From assembly GCA_965113315.1 (NCBI GenBank), contig OZ220369.1: a stretch of DNA of 64,000 bases. One strand, 5' to 3'. A program made the translations under genes and the position numbers. Positions 49,317-59,775 of this stretch are shown here, one piece after another. This DNA comes from Podarcis vaucheri (taxonomy: Eukaryota). The notes below the pieces were generated by a model. The model did no database searches. It was not told where the DNA came from and saw only the letters and a list, made by a program, of their open reading frames with translations. Position 1 is the first letter of the stretch. Each line of letters starts with the position of its first letter.

Positions 49317-52058
49317 ATCTAAAGAGCTCCACACACCTTAAGACCACAAAAACCAGAAGAGGCAGAAGACCAGCAAATCCAGAGTCTAAATGCCACCCCA
49401 AGTGTCCCACTGTGAGTCTGAGTTCGGTTGCAAATTCAGAGGGAGGCCTACAAGTCTTGGCATTCCTTAAAACACATACACACACACCAGTTAGCCAGCA
49501 AGTCTCTGTAACTCAAGATACTGCCATCCGCCCACGTGCAAAATTCCTGAAACTGTGCACATTTTCATACTTGGATAGTTGAGCGTGGCTTTTGCTCTGC
49601 CTGAGCTGAAACCAGCTTGGCCGCCACTGAATCCCAGATCATCCAAGTGGAGTGAATTTTGACTCTTTGCCCAGGCACCATATTTGAAACATTTCTCAAT
49701 TAATCACCCAAAGTAACTAACATTGTTGCCTTCCCAACAAAAACCACTAGTTTAAAGTATTGCGCATGTTGCATCTTATGAAAGAGCAATTATATAGCCA
49801 TCTCTTTCCGGCAGGTGGAGAATATGGTAAAGGACGGGTCAGCTGCAGGTTAATATTATACTTTTTTTTGTTAAGTATATTCATTCTTCTTTTCCTGAGA
49901 GAGAATTAATATATTTAACAAAAAGGTATAAAGGGAAAGGAGAAACCTCTCCAACCTTTCAAGTCCCCCGCTTTAAGGCACATGGTAGAAGATGGAGGTG
50001 GGAAACCATTAGGATACAATTTCAAATATTAAATTCAAATGTAGGATTAAATGAGATTTATTTCAAAGCCCCAGCGATTGTCTGGAATTGAGACTTTCAA
50101 AATTTTGACATCAGGCACAACCAGATGCTGGGCACAATTTGGATCCATTCAGTACAAAAGTAGCACCTTGAAAGTGAAACATCCCAAGTCTGTTTTGTAG
50201 GGTGAACATTTCATCTTTTTCCAAAAAAAGAAAAAGAAAGAGAAGATTTTCTTTCCAAAAGCTGTTTCGTTGCCAGAGAAGCTGAAAGGGAATCATTGTA
50301 TAATAGAGCGGCTTTTGTTAATAGCAATGTCACGGGAATTCAACGCGCCTGAGTTCTGAAGAATAATAAAAAAATACCATGGTTTTTTCAAGGCAGCAGA
50401 AAGCCCACAAGTATTTCACCAGCAGCCCACTCAAACCCCCTTTGAATATCCATCTTGTTCCGTCAGATCTTGGCTTTTCTTGCTCTCTGAACAGTTTGGC
50501 TTATATTGTGCTGCTATGTAGGGCATGTAATTTCATATGAATATGAAAATCTGTGACACAGATTTGCATACCATATGCCTATGCTGATTTAGATATATCG
50601 TTTTATACATGCAAAATTGGTTTACTCATGAGATTTCTTACCCACCCTTCACCATAAGGCCCCAGCATGGGTTACAACAACATAATCATGCAATTAAGAA
50701 ACAAGTCCAATGGTTTATACAATTATAAAGAAGCAAGCAAAAGAGCTCTGAACAAAGATGACAGGGCAGATGACAGAAGAAATAGGTCTCACTAAAATAT
50801 CTTAGCTGTCAAAGGCCAGGGCAACGGTGGTGTGTGGCACATCATTGTGGGGAATGAATTCTTCATTTTAAGGCAAGGAAGGGGAACCTGTGGCCCTCCA
50901 GATGTTGCTGCACTACAACTCCCATCATCCCTGGCCATTGGCTATGCTTTCTTTCCTAGAGGTAGAAAAGATAAGGTGGACCCTGCTGAATCAGTTCAAT
51001 GTCTCATCTGGTCCAACATCCTGTTCTCACAGTGGCCAATCAGAGAACAATGTGAAACCCGCAAGCAGGACCTAAACACAACAATCCTCTCCTGAGGTTT
51101 CCAGCAACTGATATTCAGAAGCATTACTGCCTCCGACAATGGAGATACAACAAAGTCACTGTTAACCATGAATCCATCAATATTTCTCCTACTGTGATGC
51201 TGCTTTTCCTCAGCTGCCCAGCTACACCCGTTCACTGAATACTCTTAGAATAGCACAAACAGGGCTATAGTGTGATGGTGAACGACCAACAGCAGCCTTC
51301 ACCCGTCTTTCTTTTTGTGGCAATCAGCATAAACGGGATCCTGGGTTTTTGGGTTTTTTTCCTGAAAGGAGTTAAGACAGAAGACCTTCAGATAATCTAC
51401 CGAAACCTGCAATCTCAATTTGAAAGATTCCAAGCATAGCTAGGAAATTAAAGGGTGGAGGGGGAAGAGAAACCTGACTTTTTAATTCTCCCGATTTCTG
51501 GCTTCCATCAAATAGACCCACCAGCATCCATAAATGGAATGAAAACTTGTGGAATTGCCTTGTTAAATAGCTTGATTGCTTCAACGTTCACATCACCTAC
51601 ATAGACCATTAGCTGAAACCTGAAGAGGGCAATCAGGAGAGTGGGTGACGGGGCAGACCTCAAAAGGTTTGGACATGTGTCTCCATCTCTCACTTAAAAA
51701 AGAAAGAGAGAATTTAAAGCTTTCATTGGGCAGAAAATCTTGCAAGAAAAGCAAGTGTTTCTCCTCAGAGAGATTTATGTTCTCTTCCAAAACAATTAAA
51801 TGTCACAGAAATTGCCTCTCTCTGATATAGTTTCTACTTCTGTTGCTGGCTGTAAGCTTAAGCAGAACATTTCAGGAGTCAACATCAACATTTTCAAAAG
51901 TACATTTAAAAAAGTCAAGTCTCATCTGAGCATCCTGGAGGCAAGAGCATCCATAGATAAGCTGCATTGTCAAACTATTGTGATTTTGAAGAGTTTCAGG
52001 TGTTGTCCAGCTATGCTCCTTTGAGGTTAAGAAATCTGGAGGGGGCTTTAAAGGATCC

Positions 52059-52059
<1 letters not shown>

Positions 52060-52125
<66 letters not shown>

Positions 52126-52127
52126 AC
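52060..52127. repeat. (TC)n(AC)n compound microsatellite
   Basis: Directly visible. Confidence 0.95.
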
Positions 52128-52363
52128 TATTAGTTTCTCACAGCTAGTTATATGTTGAGATACCACTGCATGGAAATCTTAATATCTAAGATAAGCTCCT
52201 GTTCTCACACTGGCACCTGGAATAAGGAGTACTGGTTAGTCTTAAAAGTTATCTGTGTGGGTTGCCTGCCAAGCATGAAGAAGTCTTTCACTTAAATTGG
52301 AAGATACATGCCACCCAGCACTCAATATGGCTTATGCAACCCCAACAACATCTAAGCTTCGAG

Positions 52364-53205
52364 CAGTGGTGTAGCGTGGGTTGTCAGCACCCGGGGCAAG
52401 GCAAGTAATTTGCGCCCCCTAACCCGTGGATTTTAGCACTCGAGTGTGAGCGCGCCCCCCCCCAGATGTTGCGCCCGGCCCCCTGCACCCCCCACGCTAC
52501 GCCACTGGGGCTGGGGGCGAGCGAAGGAGCCAAGAACCCCCCCCCAAAGGCTCAGCAGGAATTTATTAAATTTATTATTTGTGGAGCCCCCGCGGGCCGA
52601 GGCAGCCAAAGCCCCCTCCCCTCGGGCACCTCCCCGCCCCCTCCTCTCCTTGGGCTGTAGGTGGAGCTCCAGATCCGGGCTTGGCGAGCGCCTCTCCTCC
52701 CTGTCGGGTCCGGGGGCTTCCAGCCGTGCTCCGTCCTGCCCCCCCCCACGGCTGAGACTTGCGCTGAGAGGCGGAGCCAGCGGCACCCCCTTCTGCCGGG
52801 AGACCCTTGCCCGCCCGCCGGCTTCCTCTTGGAGGGTTTTGGGGAGCGCAGGGTGCAGCGAGGCCCCTCGGAGCTCTCCTCCCTCCCAGTCGGCAGAAGC
52901 AGCCGCCGCCTGTGGCTGGGCCGAGGGGATGGCGGCGGCGGCGGGGTGCGGAGGCTGCCCGTGCCCGGCCAGGTGTCGGTGGCGGTGTCGGCGCTGCTGC
53001 AGCGGCTGCTCCTCCTGCGAGCAGTGAGTGGAGTGCAGTCGCAGCGGCGGCCAAGGGCGCGCGCGCGCTAGAGCGCAAGGCTGGCGGTGGCGGCGGGGAG
53101 CCCGGCGGAGGAAGGAACGTGTCCCTTCCCTCTGGACTCGCCCCCCCCCCAGATGTTGCGCCCGGTGCGGCCGGCACCCCTGGCACCCCCCACGCTACGC
53201 CACTG
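52364..53205 (+). mobile_element. Non-autonomous hAT (Tip100-like termini) with doubled 3' end and about 630 bp CpG-rich cargo
   Basis: TIR cagtggtgtagcgtggg / cccacgctacgccactg; perfect TSD gcttcgag (52356-52363, 53206-53213); extra internal 3' terminus ending at 52507. Confidence 0.93.
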
Positions 53206-56064
53206 GCTTCGAGATCAGCTCTGCTAGACAGGACCTCAATGTACACCCTAGACTGCAGAAAATGCTGCACACCAGCCAAGCTCTCCCTGAAGCTTTAGGA
53301 GTCATGTCTGTTGCTGATGGGGTCCCCTGAGACCACAGGGATATAAGCATAAGTGTACTGCTTTGTAGTTTTCTTTTAGTCCACTTAATAGAATCTTTAG
53401 CCTGCACCCCATTTCTGTGTTCATTGTGTTCTGAATCCAAAGAGAATATTGGCTCCAAGGCAGAACACAAGCATCAATTTGCCACCATATGAGGGGACAG
53501 AACAGAAGAAGGTTTAGCCAGAAGGAGCTACAGCACTTTTATAATATTCATTTATACACTAAGATAATATTGGGGTTTTTTGGCACATCATTGTTTACTT
53601 ATCTAAAAACAATTTTTAAATCATGCTTTTCAGCCAAAAACAGAAGGCTCCCAGAGTGACTAACGAATCATAGAAACATAAAAGCCCCTGGCCTTAGCTT
53701 TACAATCTAAAAAGACCCAACACGAAAGGAAAATGGATTGTGAAGGAGGAAAAAACAAGCAAACTTAGATTCAAGTTCTTAGTTGCAAGTTGTTCTAATG
53801 ACCAGCTGGGAAGGGAAAAGATCATAAAATTGCCTCAACCCTTATAGGCCCTGTTCTCCACAGCAGAGAGCATGTTGTTATTATCTGTGTGGAGTTTGGT
53901 TTATTGGAGTTAAGCCAGACTTTTGACAAGGGTGAAAGTGAGGGTTTGAAGGAGGAAAGAGGGGCATAGCTTGGGAAAAGTCCTGAGGACCAAACTAATG
54001 GCTACATTCAACTTCCAGGCCTGAGGTTCCCTATGCCCACTCTGAACCAATCCAATCCCAGTGATACCCACAAACCAGTTTGGTTGCATAGTGTTATGAC
54101 ATCATCGCATCCAGTATTTGATTTTGAGTGGGTTGGATGAAAACAATAATCACCAAAGAAGCCCTGAAGGGAGAAAAGGTACTGTGAACAGAAGGATTTT
54201 GTGGTGGTTTTTTGGGAGTAGGTGTGTGTCTTCCAAACACGGCTTCCTTGCTGAAAAGAAAACTCAGATAACCTTCTGTTAACCCCTAGAACAAACAGTC
54301 CCTATACATGTCTGTTTTCTTGCCCACCAATTGTTCTATCCCCACACAATCTCACCCATGACATCAACTCATTTTACTAGGGTTCTGTCAGTCATGTAAG
54401 GCCTTCACCATAACTATACATTGCAAAAGAGCTGTTTTATTATCCTAGGAGGAGCTGACCTGGAAATATCATTGGCACAAATACAGCACACTCTATAGCC
54501 TGCCCAAGAGGTAATTGGGTATTGATGTGTTTGTTCAAGGAGGTCTCATGGTAGCGGAGCCACCATCCATATTCCATAGCTCAATCCACCGGGTCCATCG
54601 GAAGCTGAGCAGAGTAGCAATTGTTGTGTTGACAGTTTTATGGCCTCCCTACCTCAGCTATTCAAAGAACCACATTATGTCTATGACGTTACCAAATCTT
54701 CCCATTTGGAAGTCATGTCATTGTTATTTGGAAAGGGCTAGGCAGCCTCACTGGAAATGCCTTTTGTTGGGGGCTGGAGAGATTTTTATTTTTGCATTGT
54801 CAAATAATCTGTTAGGAGTCAGCATTATGTGCAGAGGAGTAAATTGAAAAGGAAATGCTTCTCGGACTTTCAGCATGTGAGGTGAGGAGGAAAGGAGAAG
54901 TTATTTAGCTCAACATACCGAAGGGGGAAATCATTTGCTCTTGAGCTCAATTGTGGTTTTCAAAGGTCAGCAGGGAAGACCTTTGCCTGGTGACCTTCCC
55001 ATTCCAGCTCATCTCTCACTAGGGACACAACAAACCCAGAGTGCTGCATCCCAGGGGTTTCCAGCCTTTTCAGACCCAGGGACACATTTTGAATTCTGTT
55101 GTGGGCACCACTACAAAATGGCTCAATGATAAGCCTCTTTTCCAGTTGGTTTAAAACAATGGTTTGAATTATATTTATTTAAATCAATCCAGGCTGCCCG
55201 ACGCAAAGTTAAAAGAAAAACAACAACACCCAGATGTACTTCTTTAAAAATGGGAAGGACAAGGGGCCTCAATTTGCATGGTGCCCACAATCTTCATTTT
55301 GAGGACCCCAACGCTAGACCATACAAGCACCATTTTTACCTCTTCTCCCAAGGCACTGTGATTGGAGTGCCCTGGGAAAACAATTAACTCTGTTTAAAAG
55401 CTAGACCTGCCCATCAAAACAAAAGATCCCCTCCCCTCTCAGGCTCTGAGTGTTTCCCCAGACAGGTTGATTTCAGTTCTTATGGTGAGGATCTAACAAA
55501 TCTGCTTTGTTTGGAGAGCTGAAGTCGCAGCACTACTTGGAAGCCTAAGGTCCCTGAGATGCCTTGAAGCACCTTGTAGATAATGCCTGATCTGGAAAGG
55601 TGAAAACCTTTCCTGAATCATCCTTATTCATCTAATTCATCTCATAATTTGGGGTACACCCGCCCCAATATTAGTCCACAACCAATGCTCACCCCTAATA
55701 ATAAATGAATGTTGTTATTTTAAAACTGAGCTGTTATTTTAAAACAGACCCAGAAAAGTCTTCAAGTAACTTACAATATATTTTAAAAATAAACGTTAAG
55801 TAAAAGCGCATAATAATGTAAGCACTCACAACAACACAGGCAATCCATTAAAAAAAAGCCACAAAGCAACTCAGCCCATTACAGCAGCAGAAAGTTTTGG
55901 TGCACCCAATATAGCAGCAAAAGAACATTATCATAGTTCATCTAAAGCCTGTGGGGAAAGGTAAGCTTTTACCTGGTGCCCAGAGAATGCTGGATGAGGC
56001 ACCAGGCAGAGCTCATGAAATTCTCCTCCGTTCCTTGCTGGAGCTAAACAAGACATAGCTATAC

Positions 56065-56605
56065 AAATTAGGAGGCTTTGCTGCCTTGTACTGAAAGAAC
56101 ATTGGTCCATTTAGCTCAGTAGGGACCGGCAATGGCTCTCTGGGGTGTCAGGCAGGCATCCCTCCCAGCCCTACCTGGAGATGTTGAGGATTGAATCGGG
56201 CAGTGGCGTAGCGTGGGGGGTGCCAGGGGTGCCGGCCGCACCGGGCGCAACATTTGGGGGGGGCGCGTTTGGCCGGCCCTCCTCGAGGAAGCAGGAACCC
56301 CACTGTCCTCGGACCTCCTCCGAAGGCTGGCGGTGGGGCGGAGAGACCTCCTCCCGCCGCCAGGCTTCGGATGGCTGTCCTGAAGACTTGTGGTGGGAGC
56401 AGTGGCGTAGTGTGGGGGTCAGGGGGGCCTGCCGCACCTGGCGCAACATCTGGGGGGCGCAGAAGAGACTTGAGTGCTAAAATCCACGGGTTAGGGGGCA
56501 CAAATTACTTGCCTTGCCCCGGGTGCTGAGAACCCACGCTACGCCACTGGAATCGGGTGCCTTCTGCATGCAAAGGAGATGCTCTGCTGCTGAGCTATGG
56601 TCCTT
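56065..56605 (-). mobile_element. Squam3-like SINE interrupted by the hAT element
   Basis: SINE sequence ...ggattgaatcggg resumes as gaatcgggtgccttctgcatgcaaa after the insertion. Confidence 0.75.
56201..56549 (-). mobile_element. Second copy of the same hAT family, doubled 3' end, about 133 bp of different cargo
   Basis: Perfect TSD gaatcggg (56193-56200, 56550-56557); internal terminus cagtggcgtag at 56400; ends nearly identical to those of 52364-53205. Confidence 0.93.
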
Positions 56606-57097
56606 CCCCACATGAGCCTATGCAAACAGAGTTGTCTCCTTTGCATTTATGGTAAGCAGCCAAAGTACATAACAAAGGTTAGCTGCACTAACTATAAGCA
56701 ATGGGTTAACTTGCTGGACAGAGGCTTGCTGAGCAGAGATCCGAGTGCCGTTTTGCTCCCAGGAGCAGAATGCATCAGAGAAGTCTGGTCCATCACCCCC
56801 CCCCCCACACACACACAATACACCCAGTCAACTAGCACTGAGCTGATTAGCTAAGGGGCAGAGCATGTCACAGTCAGACTGCAATTTGCCATGCTAATCT
56901 TGCCATTCGCTCCTGTCTCTCCTCTTAGCCCCAGGACATAAGTGGGTCATTCCCTAATTCTGAGCAGATGAGCATAGGATTCCATGGTGATCTTTGCTGC
57001 AACAGGGGTGCTACAGGCATGCTCCTATTGTTATCTATGGCATGTGGAAGGGGATGCAAAGTGTACTTGCCCAGCCATTAGGCTGCTCCCCTTAGGT

Positions 57098-57345
57098 CAT
57101 GGGTAGGCAAACTAAGGCCTGGGGGCCGGATACGACCCAATCGCCTTCTAAATCTGGCCCACGGACGGTCCGGGAATCAGTATGTTTTTACTTGAGTAGA
57201 ATGTGTCCTTTTATTTAAAATGCATCTCTGGGTTATTTGTGGGGCATAGGAATTTCTTTTTCTTTCTTCCAAAATATAGTCTGGGCCCACAAGGTCTGAG
57301 AGACAGTGGACTGGCCTCCTGGTAAAAAAAGTTTGCTGACCCCTG
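57098..57345 (+). mobile_element. hAT-Charlie MITE resembling the OposCharlie1 (OC1) family
   Basis: Perfect TSD ccttaggt (57090-57097, 57346-57353); 3' end tatagtc.gg.ccc...aaggtctgag.gacagtg.actggcc.cctg..aaaaagtttg..gacccctg as recalled for OC1-type MITEs. Confidence 0.8.
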
Positions 57346-57464
57346 CCTTAGGTGGTGCTTCTCCCTGACACTAGAGCTAGTATTGATCACGGGATCCAAC
57401 AGATCCTGGAGCTGGGCCCGGTCTCAAATGAAAACCTGGTTTCAGAAAGGTTTCACAAAAGGAC

Positions 57465-58025
57465 AGGGCAAATGACAGAGGATGGAGAGACTCCCCTATG
57501 AGGAAAACGCTGCAGTGTTTGGGAGTTTCTAGTTTAAAGAAAAGGCAAGTAAGAGATGAGATGATAGAAGTTTATAAAATTATGCATGGCATGGGAAGAG
57601 TGGCTAGAGAATAGTTTTCTCCCCCGCTCCTAACATTAGAGTGGGCAACCAAAAGAAGCTGAATGTTGGCAGATTCGGAGAAGATAAAAGAAAGAATTTC
57701 TTCACGCAGCTCATAGTTAAGCTATGGAACTCACTCCCACAGGAGGTCATGATGGACTTCAACTGGGGTGACTTCAAAAGAGGATGGGACAAATACATGG
57801 AAGAGGAGACTATCAGTGACTACTAGCCATGATGGCAATGCTCTGTCTCCGCTCTCAGAGGCATTATGCCTCTGATTACCAGTTGCTGGAAATCATGGGT
57901 GGTCAGACTGCTGTTGTACTTGGGTCCTGCTTAAGGGCTCCCCACAGACAACTGGGTGGCCACTGTGAGAACAGGAGGGTGGATTAGAGGGTCATTGGTC
58001 TGATCCAGAAGGCTCTTCTTATGTT
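57465..58025 (+). mobile_element. CR1 LINE 3' part (ORF2 C-terminus plus 3'UTR)
   Basis: ORF 57641-57826 KLNVGRFGEDKRKNFFTQLIVKLWNSLPQEV...FKRGWDKYME; ends ctcttcttatgttct. Confidence 0.9.
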
Positions 58026-59729
58026 CTGACCTGGAGCCCCCTTCCCCTTCCATCTCTCCCTCTCTCTTTTTCCAAATTTGGCTTAGCTGGCTTCTCAAGC
58101 CAGCCGTGGGTGGGACTTGGAGAAAGGAAAAGAGGTTGCTGTGAATGGGAAATGAATTTTCCATAAGAATCCACTTCAACTTCTCAGTAATAAGATATTT
58201 GATTCACTCATTGTGTCGCTGCTTGTTTTCGTTTCACAAGTTTTCGCTGCCTAGCCATGAAGCTAAGATTGAAAGCCAGGGCGTTTGGTAATTAAAGACG
58301 GGCCCAGCAATCCAAAAGTTGCACTCCTTCCCAATGCCAAGTAGTAAATCCTTTAATGCTTCTGGATTTTACACTCCAGTTTGGAATTTCCCAATGGTAT
58401 TTAGTAATATGCTTATTGTATTGGTTTTAATTCCAGGGTCAATGGAGTTTTCACCAAAAACGCTAACTCCATACAGTAGCTGACACTGATTGGAAAGAAT
58501 GCTGGGTTGTATTTACAAAACCTTTCTTTTTCTAGCAGAAGTTCCATGTAGAAGCTGATGGCCCCAGCTTCAGATGACCCCATATATATGTTGACTATAA
58601 ATGAGTGTCACCCAGAAGAAGGCAAAGTCTTGTCCCCTACTGCCCTAGTAGATTTAGGCTGAGCATTTAGGCGCCTTCACTGTATTTCCCCCCGGTACCT
58701 GCTAAAAGCATTCTTGTGAAGACAAGTCTACACAGATGCTTAGAAAGTTTAGGTAATTTCAATCTGTTTTCTTATTTTAACTTTTATATGTTTTAAAGTA
58801 AGGTTGTGGTTTCCCCCCTTGGTTTTAATGTTTTATCTTTTGTAAACCACTTTGAGGTGTGTGTGTGTGTTTTTTTTAAAAAAACATCTAGTGGTGTATA
58901 AATTTTATGAAATAAATAAACAAAAATAATTTAACAGTAAGAGCACTTTGACTGCCCAGACTCAACTCAACAACCTCGGTGAGAACTACTGCACTGAAAT
59001 GACATGCTCATGTTTAATATCTCACATGATGGCATAGATGCCTTGTGACTCTGTAAGAATGTTAGCCATTCCCCCCCCCCAATGAGCAGCAAGTTTTCTT
59101 GTTTATTGGGGTAGCAAAAGTTCAAAATTCAAATTTCAATTTGAGATTTGTATAGTGGCAAATTCCTTACTGGTCCATTAAAGAAAGATGGCAAGATGTA
59201 CCCAAAAGTTTAGCTGTGGGAGTATGCACACTGGTTTCTAGCTTTCACAAGTGAACTGAAACATCAGCAGATAGAAACTATAGCCCTCTGGATCATGTTC
59301 CATGCATATGGACCACTTGAAGCTGCTGTCTACGCGGTCAGGCAATTGGTCCATCGAGCTCAACATTGTATACACCAGTCATCCCTAAACTGGTGCTCTA
59401 CAGATGTTGTTGGACAGCATCTCCCAACCATTTAGCTCATGACTTGCTTGCAGGCTTCCAATTGGGGTAACTGGTTCAACACAATGAGACCAGGATTCTG
59501 GATGATGCTGGGCTCTCCTTAAGAAGGGAGCTCACACCTATGACTGTATTACACTGATGTTAGTACCATTTGGTTCTCATGAAGTGGCATGCACCCTAAT
59601 GAGACCATTTGGCCTTTGGGGGGGGGAGGCAGTCAAGGCAGCAACGGTGCAATACTTGTGAAAAGCAACACCCAGAGGTGTTCCATCCCTTAAGCATTTT
59701 GAGCTTTTTTTGGTAGTTTCTTTCAGGGG

Positions 59730-59734
<5 letters not shown>

Positions 59735-59773
<39 letters not shown>
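59735..59773. repeat. (GT)n microsatellite
   Basis: Directly visible. Confidence 0.95.

Positions 59774-59775
<2 letters not shown>

Noticed and set aside
52929-53023. Assigning the Cys-rich peptide to CLCN6 or a metallothionein-like gene
   Set aside because: The resemblance is only low-complexity, and the Cys frame may be the shifted shadow of a CTG-rich frame.
52433-53330. Resident gene or CpG-island promoter with long ORFs
   Set aside because: The GC-rich block is bounded exactly by hAT TIRs and an 8-bp TSD, and the ORFs run across the transposon termini, so it is imported rather than native.
52364-56549. The two hAT copies acting as one macrotransposon, or one arising by a local hop from the other
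   Set aside because: Each has its own distinct TSD and different cargo, so they are independent insertions.
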